From Neoechinorhynchus agilis (Eukaryota > Animalia > Acanthocephala), in the NCBI GenBank assembly GCA_051530055.1, contig CM121342.1, positions 15,825,480-15,889,479 of the forward strand: a stretch of 64,000 nt of DNA, read 5' to 3'. This document shows, piece after piece, positions 37,601 to 51,142 of the stretch (position 1 is the first letter of the stretch; every line of letters begins with the position of its first letter). The position numbers were made by a program, and so were the translations under genes. The notes under the pieces were generated by a model that worked only from the letters and a program-made list of their open reading frames with translations, ran no database searches and was not told the origin of the DNA.

Positions 37601-37998
37601 AGTCGAAAGAGCACATAAACTTGGTGATTAATCGATCGATTTACAGACTCGATAATGAAAAAGTAGCTGTCTTCATCGCTCGGAAAGTCCAGAGCTAAAT
37701 ACGTATTCGATGAAATTAATTTTTTCTGTATATTTCAGACACTAACAAATCGATAGATCAGCCACTAAAAAAATTGATTTGCAAATGCGTTTCATTTCTA
37801 TTTTTAAACAGATAAATCTAAGGCGAAGAAAAGGAAGAAGAAGATTGACGTAATTGATGAATCCCAATAACCAAGGAACGAAAGTGATTCTGGAACTTCA
37901 AGAATAATTTTTTGTTGACTGATATTATTTTGAGGTTTTGAGAGAATGGAGGAGGCAGCTGTGAACATGACATCCAGTGGCTAAACGGAAGATTTATC

Positions 37999-38453
37999 TT
38001 AATCGCTTTGATAATAATCATAATCTTCCTCGTAGACGATTGCAGAATCCACGTAGACCTGCGGTTTGTTTTTCTTTTTCGCTTTTTTGGTACTTTTCAT
38101 TGACTTCTCGAATTTGGCAAGTTTGCTGGTGGCAAAAGATTGAAAGTTAGCATTAAGTTTCTTAAGAGTTTCGCTTGATAATCCGCTCGCCATATTTTCG
38201 ACGAGTTCGAGCAGGAAACCAGCAAAATCACTGACATTTCTACTTGAACGATCTCTGAAGATTGCGGATTGCGAGAGATCGTTGAATGCATACCTGAATC
38301 GATAGATTGATTTGAGCTAATCTTTTTGAGACCGGACTCCAAAAGTGCTCCGTACTGTTCAAATTCATGATCAGTAACCAAGAACACGTCATCAAGAGTT
38401 TCAACGCTGTACACTGAAGAAACGTTTGGTTCGGATTTTTCATTCATCTGCAT
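37999..38453 (-). CDS. Possible small spliced gene of unknown function (ORFs 38097-38453 and 37999-38193)
   Basis: Two overlapping ATG ORFs with protein-like composition. No motif recognised. Confidence 0.3.
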
Positions 38454-38725
38454 TTATACTTTTTAAATAATTTTGAAATAACGAATCGATATAACCAGTT
38501 TTAAATCGCACCGAGCAGAACGATGGCAAAAAATAAATCCGAGAATTTGATTTCCGCTAACAAATCGATGTTTAAACAAACATCGGAGAGAATAAAGAAG
38601 TTTTTGTGAGTCGTTCTCTGAATCTTTGCATAGCAATGCAATAAAAATCATTAAAAAGTAAAGAACGGAAAACGCCGTCAAAATTTGTTTTTTCTTTTTA
38701 TTGATGTGAATTATTTTAGCACTTT

Positions 38726-38853
38726 CCTCCAGGAGGCGGGACTAATCAGTGAGTTTCCTCCCTTCAGCGGTATTTCGTCCCCTTTGGTTGTGTGTCATTG
38801 GCGATCGTGGATTCAAACCCTTCGACCCTGAGAAACTACGAAATGTACAAACT
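38726..38853 (-). mobile_element. TIR/tRNA-like element copy 2, internally deleted and truncated on one side
   Basis: Has the shared body plus GGATTCAAACC, and ends GAAATGTACAAACT. Confidence 0.7.
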
Positions 38854-39243
38854 AAGCTGACGAAATCGGTTTGCTAAACCGCATTTGTAATTGGATCTTT
38901 AATGCGAAACAAATCAATGTCTACCAGTCGGATACTTAAAAAAGATCAAATCATGTTAAATCCTTTTGAGTAATCCCAATAAAACCTAAACTCGAAATAA
39001 CTGAACAAAAGTACGGATGCTATTTGATTATTAGTTCGAATTCCGGCTTTGGGTTTCGGCAAATAAAGATGGAAGAATGCTATATTCAATTTTTAAAGTT
39101 CTCCCGTTATTTAATAATCGTCTTTTTTCCTGGGCATCTTTGTTAAGTGAACGAATGTTGTTCCTTTCAAAATGCCGATTTTGTTTGAGTAAAAATGAAA
39201 TTTTAGGCTAACCCTTCTGAAACAGACAGAAATTATCCCGTTT

Positions 39244-40005
39244 TTATGATGTTATAAAGTAGAAAATATAGTAATTGTTGCCGCGTTCAGCAGTCGCGTA
39301 AAGATCGTTTCCATCGCTGAACAAAATGCGAAAATTTGTGAGCATTAGATCATTGTTCCTGTCGTCGTCACATTTACCGAAAAGTTGAATGTTCAGTTTA
39401 TAGAACAATTCTCGCTCGAGTTCCTTTACGTCAAATACCCGTTGTAAGGGTCGGCCCAAATCTTTTTCCAGCCGAGCTGGACGTTGGAAATAATATTCCA
39501 TGTTGCAGGTTGGTTCCACGCGACAAGCCTTAAGAGCATCTCGGAAGGAGATTCTGGTGAAGGTTGGAACTTTATTAAATCCGTTCAAAGGAGCTACTGG
39601 ATCTTCCAACTCCCATTCATATGCAACCAATGTATCAAGCCGTTCTCTAGATCCGAAATAATCTTTGGGAGCCAAGTTTAAGGAAAACGCGTACTCGTCC
39701 GGACCACCTTGATTTATTTTCCTGGTACGTACTTTGTCAACGCTGGTTTCCCCAATCGGCACAGACTTTATTATCTCATCAGTCAACGGAATACAATTGC
39801 AGGTAAAGACGCCCGACTCATCCATTGCCAAGACGCAAATGGTATCGTCTATTACCATTAGTTCGTGATCCTCAAACTGTTTGCGAATTTCAGCAAGTGC
39901 AGTATCTACGTTCTCAATAGGTTGCGCCATTGATTTATCGTCTGAAAAATCTAATACACGTGACTTATTGGCACTTTTCTGGAGTGGGATTTTAGTTCGC
40001 CTCAA
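39244..40005 (-). CDS. Intronless 253-aa ORF of unknown function
   Basis: 762-bp open frame in AT-rich DNA with globular-looking composition. An identical protein is encoded at 55846-56607. Confidence 0.65.
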   Translation of the reverse strand: MRRTKIPLQKSANKSRVLDFSDDKSMAQPIENVDTALAEIRKQFEDHELMVIDDTICVLAMDESGVFTCNCIPLTDEIIKSVPIGETSVDKVRTRKINQGGPDEYAFSLNLAPKDYFGSRERLDTLVAYEWELEDPVAPLNGFNKVPTFTRISFRDALKACRVEPTCNMEYYFQRPARLEKDLGRPLQRVFDVKELERELFYKLNIQLFGKCDDDRNNDLMLTNFRILFSDGNDLYATAERGNNYYIFYFITS

Positions 40006-41147
40006 GTGGTGGACAAAAGGTCCGCTAAGTTTTAACTACTATAACTCTTTAAGGAAACCTTATTGAACACTAGAAACGTGTGCCCTTTCTAGGACATGAG
40101 AGGTGAGTGACAAAACTTTCGATTTCCGTCGAATTATAGACGTGGCTCTTACCATTCTCAACCTTCGCTCAATTAATCTTAGATCGCTTTTCAAATGAAT
40201 CCCGCGATAAGTACATGGATGCCTTCTCACAATCATGCTTTATAAGTGTACCAAACAAAATATTTTGTCATTTGGTCTCGTTTTGCACCTCGTAGTTTTT
40301 GTTTTGCACAGCAAAAACGAGATGTTAAAAAACACCGAAACTTCTCTGTCAATTTTGAACTAGTGTATTTACTATTCCGGATATTAATCTGATTTTTTTT
40401 GCTTGGCCAACTGCTTTCGCCAATTCTATTCATTTGAGGTACTCCGAATCATTATGAACGCATAACTATTTTTTAGAAAACCCTTCAAAAAATATTTAAT
40501 GCTAATTACTTTTTGTGACTTTGCGCTCTTCTTTTGCCATATTGATCGCCTAAATTTTTGTTGCGCTTCCGAAATCGGAACAGATCTTTCAATGGATTCG
40601 ATCGTGGCAGGCAAGACTTTTTTTATGACATCGTCAGTTTCTTAGCTTTTTTAAAGAGACTGGCGGTCAAATTTAATTACTATAAAGGATACTTTGCCCT
40701 TTTAAGAAGATTATAGATTATAACTACACTTGTTTATGATTTAATGCTTTCAATCAAGATTTTTGTTGCACACAATAAATTTGTTGAAAATGTGGAAATG
40801 ACACGAAGTATATTGGTTTTTAGACAAATTGTTAATGTAAATAAAAAAGTTTAAAGTCCTGTAAAGTACAGCAAGATTTAGGAATCAATTTCAATAAGAA
40901 TCAAATACACACAAAATCTAGGAAGATCCGTTCATATCCGGTTTGGTCGAGCCTGTTCGAATTGTTGCCATGAGCAACTAATGATTGAAGCCAAATGTCA
41001 TAGGACTTTTGAGTTCGTTACGCAAAGTCATATGAAGCGCCGTATGGGTTTTCTTTCCATGAAAGCAAGAATTGCATAATATCAATTTACCTGCAACGAC
41101 CGAGCTCTATTCCCAAATTAAGAAAAACTCCATTGCGTTGCTGCGAA

Positions 41148-44100
41148 ATGTTCGCTTTTTTAGGCCTATTCTTTATATTAGTCAGGAGTGATGATTTTCC
41201 TGGCAAACTGTTCAAAACGAATAGGTAATTGTTCTCACTTATGCCATTCGGATAACGCGCAATTTTCAATAGTCAAAAATACCTTATTCTCGCACCTAAA
41301 GTTTTATACGTTTAAATGAAGTGCCAATCAAAATTGGTGTTTTGATCGCAAATGAGAATTGGCAGGCTGTATCCATCAATGCATATATTGAAGATCAAAA
41401 TGGCCACCTTTTGTACAAACTCGATTCTGAGATTATCAGACCATTCGAACCAAGGACATTTGAGCTTTTGATGGTGGATAAGAACTCGATTCAATCTTTA
41501 AAGTCCGGAATCTTGAAATTGATATTAAGTGGACGGTGCCAAGAATGCTTAGGCATAATTGCGGCATTACTTGAGTGCTTATGTTAGTCATCATTTCACG
41601 CGAGATCGATCCCTTATCGTAAATTAGAAATGCGACAGTAATTAACTGAAACTTTATTATCGCTTTCGTTAATTTTTAAAGGGTTCGTTTATCGGATATT
41701 GTTGCTTAATCGTGATAAAACGGAATGAAAAATAAACCTAGAACAAAATCTGAAAAACCCAAATTCGAAATTGTACCACGTCCTGAATTTTCGGTTTCCG
41801 GTGATCTGAATCTATTTTTTGGATCTATATCAAGTAACGCTGCTCGATAATGCAAGACAACATTATTGAGGAAACTATAACCGTTCAATTATATGGCGCA
41901 AATCTGATGCTTATTATTCAGACTGATAGGAAACTGTACAAACAGGGGGACATAGGTAGCTTGCACTCTTGTCTGTTATTTATCCTTTCGGTTTTTAGTT
42001 TCACTCAGATGTTTGGTTCTATACTCTGATGAGCTAATTGGATATCAAGGACCGATTGTTTTGGCTGTTACGGTATTCTATATTGTAAATACTAAAAAAT
42101 CATCACACATAGTTCTTAGGATCCCGGCGGTAATGTCATTCGATTGTGGGACGACGAGGAAACTAAAGCAGGTGAGTTTTCATCCTTCACAAATCGTAAA
42201 CTTTCACACAACAATAGGGGTATTTTCTGCGGATTTCCAAATCCCTCTTATGACTTCCATAAATGGAAACTACTCAATCGAGTGCCGTGCCCACGATGTG
42301 GTCGCCACTGAAACAGTTGAAGTTATTAATTTTTGTTAGTGCAAGCGATTTTCATTGTACCTGCTAAATCATTTTTCTAGATCGGAAAATAATTGGCCTT
42401 TACATCTATTGTCCCAGTTACCTATTCATTAGATCGTCACATGAACAAACAATTTCTAATGTAGTTCTTCCGATCATCGTCCAGACCATGTACGCAAACA
42501 ATCATCCAGCAGAAACGATATTGGAAATTACTGGCTATTGCTCTGTTTATCAGAAAGCATCCACTAAAGCAGCAATTATTTTCAATTATACGGTTAACGG
42601 GGTATGTTCGTTATAAGAAAAATAACGCAACTTATATCTGTCCGGCATTATATCCGCTGCTTCTTTTCCAATACACACCCACTAAAAGTGTTTAAAAATA
42701 AGGCACACTTTGAAAGTAGTGAATACTTGCTATTTCGCTCTAAATGGTTGTGTTTGTAATTTTATTTTAATCTGCATTTTGGATATTGGATGGTCTCACT
42801 CATTTAGATCATTGGTGAATACTCGATCGAAATACCGATCGGTGCGATATTAGAAATGTATGAGGAAAACAACGAATGTCAGTTTTTGCACGTCTCAGTA
42901 ACAGCAGTCGATCCATGGTATTTTGAGTCCATAAAAGTTTCCAGGACAGTAGAGCTAAGGAAACGAACAATCGATATTGAACTCGTAACTCAGTGTAAAT
43001 ACTTTCCGAATTATGCGAATCTGATTTGGGTAAGCTACATTATCTGAATCCATTCTAAATATCGACAAATCATGAAAAGTTTAGGATATTGGGAATGCAG
43101 GATTCTCTTAATACTTTCAATCTGGCCTATGAATGGTCTACTGAACTTCAAGTACTTTCACTTCAAAACATTACGAGCAATTCTAGTTCTGGAGTTTCTC
43201 AGACGCTTGGAGATGGAACCTTCTCTTTCTTTGAGTTCATAGGACCATTCGAAGTAGACTATTTCGACTTGGTTGCAATTCTTATGCTCGATGATTGGAC
43301 CATGAGGAAAACTTTTGTTTGCAAGAAACAACCATTGGACCACAGATTTATTTCACTCAGAATTACTTCAGATTTGATGGCACAATATCCAGTCAGTTGC
43401 CCATTTATGTGTTTGTCTTCTACCACATGCGTCCAGATTGATTACCCAATATCAATCGAATTGAGTTCAAAGGAACCGTTACTAAAAGCTTACTACACCG
43501 TTTGTTCCTATTGAGCAACTTCGAATCGGAATCGATGCTGACCTAACCACTTAAACTCTAGTTAATGAGCCAGATTAAAAATTCAAAATGTTGACTTTTC
43601 AGCTAAAGGAAGATGTAAAATTGCAGTTCACATAAGCCTAAAGTCGTATTTGTATTCGTACTGGTCAGCATCGATCTCGATTTTACTTAAACATTACAGT
43701 CACATTTTAAGTCGGACATCTAAATTAGGTTATTTCAAGGGGACAGATTTTAATATTTGAAGAAATCGAAATCCTGCATTGCAAAACTGTGGCCTACCTT
43801 CAATTCATCACTAGTGCTATTATGGGTCCAATGGCAAGAATACTCGTGATCGGAATCCGCCAATCAACCGACGATGATGTGTTTTTATCGAACAGCGTTA
43901 GCATACATGTTGACAATTTCAGACAAACTTCAAAAGAGAATCGAATATTTAACGTTGAACTTGTGAAAGCGAAGGACATTTCTGGTCGTACTATAGAAAT
44001 CCACGCACACGGATCGCAAATCGAGTTCGATTGCGGATGGTGGTCATTTTGGTCTAAAAATGAGCACCAACACCAAGTTATAGATGATCTTAAATCGCAG

Positions 44101-47100
44101 GTTCATGGACGCGAATAGTTTCTTGCGACTCAAAACTCTCCCATATTCTCAGGTTCTAAAGCTTCAAAGGCGAAATGACTTGGCAGCCATTTGGCCATTA
44201 ACTCCGTTCCAGTATTCGACTTTTGATGTTCCAATCGAACATCAATTCAGTAAAGATGGAATCTTTCTGAGGACTATCGCTATTCAGAATAATCATTGCC
44301 CGGGTGAAATGTTTAAATGCCGACAATCTGGAATGTGTATCGATTCGTCTTTTGTCTGCGATGGAATATCAGATTGTCCGTTATCAAATGATGACGAAGA
44401 TGAGTGCGGTAGGTCTAAAACTTCATTTTAAATACGGTTTGAAGCACTTGGTTTCTCTAACCCGCTGACATCAACACGAACATCAAGAATCTACCCCCGT
44501 CTGAAATCCATTTCGAAGCCAAATCTCTTATCGTTCACCTAATTCGTGTGAAACAAAAACTTCTATTTGTTCAAAGGCGATAATGACACCATTATATTTC
44601 GACCGTGGAGCAAGAAAGTGACATCAAAAGATTTTGAAGATGATTTTTTGTGGATTGAAAGGCCGTGTGGTCCATGGTACCCAGAAGGTCGTCTTCAGGT
44701 CATCAAATTTGAATTACCTAAATCCATCGATCGTCACTGGATTAGTGGGTTATACTCTTCCGTCCGGCAACCACTTCAATTTATTTCCGATGAAATGCAG
44801 GTTTGTCCCATTTGATTAAATTTGGCTCGCTTCGTTTAATTGGAATTAAATTTCTACATGGTTTGTTCTGCACGAAATGATTTTGGCCGCCACTGCTCTT
44901 CAGAAATAAGCGCAAGAAATAGTCTTAGGTTATCACAAGATTGTTAAAACGCCGTTACGTCTGGGATTTTGTCTTCATTTTAAAAATTTCCTACGTTGTG
45001 TGGGACTCAGTGCGGTTGAGGTTGTAGTCCCGATGTTATTCTACTGTTATAAATGAACTGAGCCAGTTAATGTATCTTCTCGTTTTGTTCAATGCTGCTA
45101 TTCGCTTATGTGAACAGTTTAATCCACGCGACCTTCGACCTTTTGACGCCACGATATCACTACCCCCTTTGGCGAGGTTTGGTGAAATTGTTTCAGTCCA
45201 AATAGATGTGACAAACTGGACGTCTGATGATATAGAGGTAAGAATTAAAGGCTTTCATATAAGTTTTATTGGAGTCGAAGACCAGGTTTTGGTCGTTCTA
45301 GAAAAAAGTTACGGTTATTCAGTTGTAAGTTCGATGGGTGATGGCTTAATGGTGGTTTCGCCTGAGTCAAAAGACCACCACCTCGTTTTAATAGTGAGTA
45401 CTATGCCTATTCGTGGCAGATATCATGGCATTTCGTTTTAGATGTACGGAAAATCAAGCAGAAGGACGTTCATACCAATTAAACCCCAACGATTGGGCGA
45501 GGTAACAGTAATCGTTAAAGCATATTCAGCTATCGGATTCAGTCGAACGGAGCAATCAATCAAAGTAGAGGTATACTTGACCTTGTATGCAATCTTTATA
45601 GTCAAAAGTTTATGTAGTCTGAAGGAGTTGAAGTGCGCTTTCACACATCTACCCTCATAAGTCTGATCAATAAACCTAATCAACTAGTTGACTTTTCCTT
45701 GAATATTAGTCAAAATCATCAACTCCCTCTGAATTGGTATTACGAACACGTGCCGGATTCTATTAAATGCGAACTGATGATTACAGGTAACTGGATACTG
45801 AAACAAAGATTATTAAGTTATTTTTTTAATTCAAATTTCACTGTCTAAAATGCTTACGAAAATCTTTTGAATAGCTTATATAACAGGTCTAAAAGTCACG
45901 AATAACAAATAGAAGACTTCTGCCTAACATAAATAATCTCCATAACGCCATGCTTTGATATAAACAGGAGATGTAAATGGCCCAATGGCATTACCAACGG
46001 ATATTAAGCATTCGCTAGATCTTATCATGATGCCACTGGTGGATCAAGCCGTTTTCCGCTACGCCCAAAACCTTTTTTCATTGGGTTATTGCAGAGGAAG
46101 TGCAAGGACGATAGCAACTTGTGATCCGGATGAATACATTTGTGCAATGGCTGATGCCTTGTCGATGATAAGTAGATTTTTAAGAGAGGATGGATCTCTC
46201 GATGGAAGCCTCAAGTACGTCTTAGCTATGAATGATCCTCCATATTTTTCGTGTTCTGGTATTATTAGGTTCACACTACTGGTTATTATACTTTTTGGAG
46301 ACACTCGTCTGCTTTATCCAAATATTGAGCAAACATCAACGTGCGGATTTACACTCGATCCTGGTATGATTTTAAAGTTGGAGCACTTTATTCTTGGCGC
46401 AGCAAATGATTTCGATGACCTTACGAAAGTTATGATTTTCATGTCAAAACTAAAAATCCCATTGCACTTCGATTGCCCAAAGAATCAGAGTGGGAACTGG
46501 ATAGATTCCATTTATTACTACTCCATTTGTGCCCTAGTTTCAAAACAAAACCGCAACGAGTTTACTCGCCATGCAATAGAAAAGCTCAAGAACATATCAG
46601 ATGTACCGTTGAAGCCTCACCCTGATTCCAGAGTTCCAAGATTATATCCCTTACAGATAACTGAGCCTCCTTCGAACTTCATACTTGCACTGGCGTTCCT
46701 TTTAAATGGAAGTGAGATTTTTCTAAGGCGGATGTGAAGATTAGCACGGAGCATTTGCTTTGTCATTCGAGCACCATGGTTTGAGCTTGATATATATAAT
46801 AATTTACTGGCACGTTGTCCAATCATTCATGTGTGCATTTGTTCAATTTCGCTTGTTCAAGTTTCTGAGAACAAAAGCGCTGTATAAAGGCTTATCAGTT
46901 AGACCTCCAAAAAGACAATGATCCATTCCAGTCATTTCTATATTCAGTTATTTATGAATGGATATTGTTCTTTCTATTAAATGTCAAGGGGGAAATTTCG
47001 TTAAGTGAAGGCACCCCGCATTGTTCAAGATTATCTAAAGATCTTTACGGTCAGCGGCGAAAAACATCACCACTAGGTGATTGAATTCTATTACTAAGCC

Positions 47101-48758
47101 TGGACAGGACTAAGAAAAATCCCACATTCAACACAATCTCTCTTGGAAATGGACAATCATTCGGATGCATTGAACGTGGTACGATCCCTTGTTCGTTTCC
47201 GGTCTAAATTCGACGGATATGGTGGTGTTATAGAGACCGTGATAGCTCAAAGATCTATCTTAAAATACAGCCTCGGTTCGGCGGACATTCATGCCAAGTA
47301 TAGACTCCAATTTACATTCAATCATAAGCCCGATCAACGTATTGTGATTGAAGACTCTTCTGTTATGCGTATTTGGCGAATGGCTTGTGATTGGACTTTG
47401 CCTTATGTCAGAATTGAAGGCATGGGTACAGGTCAAGCAGTTGTGCAGATGAGTTTGACAAAGAACGTTCAATATGAATGGCAATTAAGACAAGACAATG
47501 ACGAGCGACTTCAGTTGAACGTCAGCGTAGTGGGAAGTCACAGAAACTTTAGTCGACTTCTTTACACACCGTGCTTTAGCTGGTAAGTTTAGCTGCTCGT
47601 TTATTGTAGACTTTTGGTGCTTTCGCTCTTTTACCAATGTACATTTTAAGTGCTTTATGTTTCATCGTTTCAATGCATGTAAGTTTTTCTTATTTGAAGG
47701 ATCTCATTTTCAGTAAGTTATATCTTAAGATTCAGCAAAAGACAGGTATACTTGAACTTATTTGAAGAGTCTTAACCTGTTTTTCATATCGCTAAAATTC
47801 TTTAAATGGAACCTAACTGCTAGACTAGGTCGTACACTTCATTCTCTCCCTCTCACTATTGAAGCCCCACTCTGTCCGCTGATCGTTCGACGTCACTTTA
47901 TCATGATTCTTTCCACACGCACACAGTTACGTGCAGTCTCTTTTTTTTATCAAATCAAACCTGAACGACGCGCAAACTTTTCCACTCACAGTTTCTCCCA
48001 ATGCATTGGTCGTCGGATCGCTTTTGAACTACGGATTCCAAGTGGGTACGTGATTGATCAGGGTCGACTTGGTGAAAACGCCTGGTGGGACTATAACTCT
48101 GGACTAGTTAGCTTTGTGTTCAATCACGTTAGTATATTGGCAATTAATGCACAGAGCGAATTTCAAATTTTTAGATTTCAAACAATGAACAATGCTGGAC
48201 GTTCAAAGCCGATCGTCTTGTTCCAGTAAGCAACCTGACAAGATATTATTCTATCAGAGCTTTCGATTTAAATGAGCCAAGTAAGAAATTTGTGTACAAA
48301 TCACTTTTTGTTCTCTAAAGCAACTACAGTGAAAAAAAACTGAGTTTTGAACCTTTCTTGTTTTTTCGTAATACTTCCATGAAACATTAGTGTTAATTCC
48401 GTATCTACCATCCCCTCGATTATTAGTAGTGACTTAACCTTATTCTCCTTTATTCACAAGAGATCCCTAAAAAATGGAGGAAAATTTGCTCTTTTTGGCG
48501 CGCAATTTCGCCGGAAGAATTTTTTCTTTTGCACACGTGCATGGCATTTTCGCATACTACACGGTGTTTTCGCTAGGTTTCGCGAGGCGTTCAGTGTACA
48601 CAGTGCGTAGTTTGTACGGTCTGGACGTGTGTCAGTCATGCGGAAGCTACCAGTGTCCGTACTGTCCATTCTACGCATCCACTCAAACCATCCAGTCGTC
48701 ACTTATAATCTTGGTTCTGATCATGTTATTGACGGTGTTAGGTAAGATAAAAGAGTGA
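41148..48758 (+). CDS. Mcr: Macroglobulin complement-related protein (Mcr/TEP6 type), many exons
   Basis: Signal peptide MFAFLGLFFILVRS, then YLILAPKV, an LDLa module (CPGEMFKC..CIDSSFVCDGISDC..DEDEC), GDVNGP..MPLVDQAVFRYAQNL at the thioester position, ELRIPSGY, CWTFKADRLVPVSNLTRYYSIRAFD, and LDVCQSCGSYQCPYC with a hydrophobic C-terminus. This is the Mcr architecture. Confidence 0.88.
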
Positions 48759-48805
48759 GAGTGTTTATTTGTGTGTGTGTGAGTGAGTGTGGAACCGCAA
48801 CACGG

Positions 48806-50063
48806 TCAAGTGTACCTCCGTCTCGGGTAGCCATACTTTATCTTCAATGGAGGAGCAGGGTAAATTCTGCATTTGAAATGGACTCTTCTCTCTGGATGTT
48901 TTGTGTCTTCAATATCTAAACACAAAAAGAAGTAGAGCGAATTCTCGAACACAGAGGAACTTACAACAGTCGGCAAACATCGCCGAACCCGTAGAGGTCC
49001 TTAGAACTCGGCTACTCGTAGAATTACACTTGATTTTCCGTTTTTGCTTCTCGAACAGCTCACTCTTAAGATGTTCTGTTTCCCTGTCGTTGTCGTCAAC
49101 GCCTTTTGAAATTCCATTGGCTCTGAACTTAGGTTCTTGATCACAAGCGATGTTGAGCGTATGAACGACATGTTCAGTCGACTGGAAAGCGTACTCGATC
49201 TCGTATGTAGGCACCTGCACAGTATGTTTGATTGAGCTGACCAGTGGTTTGTGTGAGTGCTGCTGATCGCCGTAGAAGACGTAGTCGTTTAGTCCGTATG
49301 ACGGCGCTGATTTCCTCGGTCGTTTCTGCGGTGGGCGAACGGGTAAGACTCGGTGGTTAGCGGAGTTTAGAAACCGGTGCAGACGGCGTGAGATAAGGCA
49401 GTTTGTTCGAACTTGACTTCGAGGCACCCACCGCCTGTAATTGCCGCCATCGCTGCTTGCTTCGTCATCTCCACAGTCCTGATCGGATTCAGTTGCGTCT
49501 GAATCTATGCAAGATCGAAGATGGACGAAACCCGCCGTGTACTTGGGTCTACGTTTTGCGTCCTTGAATCCCATGTGATCTCGCTGAATTCGTATGATTT
49601 GCTGGATTTGAATTTTACGGACGCATTCGGCACATTGGCGTTCAGCGGTGCCAATAAATTCAGCCGCGGTTTCTGTTACATTCTCATTCGAGTGCTGGCT
49701 CGGTTGTGGTGACACCGAGGCTGATGGTAAAGGAGGAGGAGACGGTAGACTGCACTCGTCCTCCCGGCACCTTTTAATTGGAGCAGCCGACAACAAAAGT
49801 AAGGCTGCTGCCTCAGTGGCCGTTGTGGTTCGCCTTCCAGCAGCACTCACAGCTCTTCTCCCGCGTTTCAAAAGACGACGGCGGTGCGGGTGCTGTGGTT
49901 GTTGCAATATACTCAAAAGCTCCAGTTCTTCGCTTAGACTTTGGGCGCGTCCTAAACACACGACGAAGACGACGGAGAGAGATTGCGAGTGACCGATTGA
50001 CGCACGGAGAGATGCAAAGGCGGCGAGAAGCGCGTGCGCAAACAGTTGCGACCGCGCGCGCAC
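48806..50063 (-). CDS. Possible KANSL1/NSL1-like chromatin protein; start uncertain; in-phase intron at about 48916-48965
   Basis: DSDATES acidic motif and SYGLNDYVF...VQVPTY resemble KANSL1 DSDxTxSS and FDINNIVI...ILTPSW. This is weak by-eye similarity only. Confidence 0.4.
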
Positions 50064-50570
50064 CGTTTGTGTGACGTCATATGAAGCATCGAGGAAAACT
50101 TAAAAAGTGACCTTGTTGTGGTGAAGAGACTTGAACACAGCCGCCGCCGACGCCGCTGTATGCGAGACAACGCGCGCGCAGTGCACGAACGCGAGTGCTG
50201 AGAAGCAAATTTTGTGCGTGTGCGCGCGCATTGACGTCGCCGGCGACATGCACGTGTGCGGATGGCAAAGGCATTTGTGTGAGCGACGACGGCGACGACG
50301 ACGCTGAAAGCTGGACGGCTTCGTGCGACAAGTGCGTTTGGCGAACCTATCGAGCACGGATGATGAGTTACCATGGAAACGCATACACAGACAACGCGCG
50401 CACACACGGAGCGACTAACATTTATACGCACCCACGCGCGCGTTGATGACGAGAATCGAGTACGAGGGTTCGAGACTTGGGGTGAAAAGCGCGCTTAGTT
50501 GCGGCCCGAAAGGAGGCGTTTTCTGGAAATGCTTATTTCGCGCCATCGTCTTTGCTGTGTTGCCGCGAGA
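49960..50570. promoter_or_regulatory. GC/CpG-rich island-like region at the 5' end of the KANSL1-like gene
   Basis: Dense CGCG, GACG and CACA tracts against an AT-rich background. Confidence 0.45.
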
Positions 50571-51072
50571 ATCTGTTTTTGTTTCCGTCCACTCACCGCG
50601 TTTTGTATTTCCTCTGGGCATCTCGTAAGACCGACAAAGAATGTGTTGCCTAGTCTTATTCTAATTGAACGATGAAAAGTGGATCTTTTCAAAAGTTACA
50701 CACTACTATCTACATTATTTTAAACTGTTGTTCAGTATTGACGTCAACATCACTTTTAAAGTGCGCAGATAACATTTGTAGTCAATAATAAACTGATTAG
50801 AGGCATACACGCACACGTCGATGTAAAGACAAGGTTATGACGGAAGATACTAGCGTCTTCCCTAGGTTTCATTTTGTTATTGGAGTGAAGTTTATTGGAA
50901 AACATAAGCTACGGTAGTTTACGCCGATACAATTTCGATCATCCTCCGTTGCGCAACCGGGTGGGCTCGAACCAGAAGAGTGTTTTAGATGGGTGGTGGA
51001 CGTCACTAAAGTTGACGTCTGAAAAGGGAAAGCATCTTGTAGCGCCAGTATTTGATGTAACAGTTTATATGT

Positions 51073-51142
51073 CTAGGTCTTCACCCGGTAAATAATATGT
51101 TACTGAAAACATTTCGAACCTCGTCGGGTTCATCATCAGTAC
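51073..51142 (-). repeat. Third copy of the hammerhead-like repeat found at 1541-1726
   Basis: TAGGTCTTCACCCGGTAAATA...TTTCGAACCTCGTCGGGTTCATCATCAG. The minus strand reads CTGATGA-T-GAACC-CGACGA-GGTTC-GAAA. Confidence 0.75.

Larger units (their letters stand above)
32598..41303. repeat. Left arm of 8.7-kb inverted duplication
   Basis: All ORFs are mirrored, with coordinate sums of 95851 (for example 34061+61790 and 39244+56607). The inner match ends at ...GCACCTAAAGTT (41303). Confidence 0.97.

Noticed and set aside
49521-50621. Many overlapping 60-160-aa ORFs on both strands
   Set aside because: Expected in GC-rich low-complexity DNA with few stop codons.
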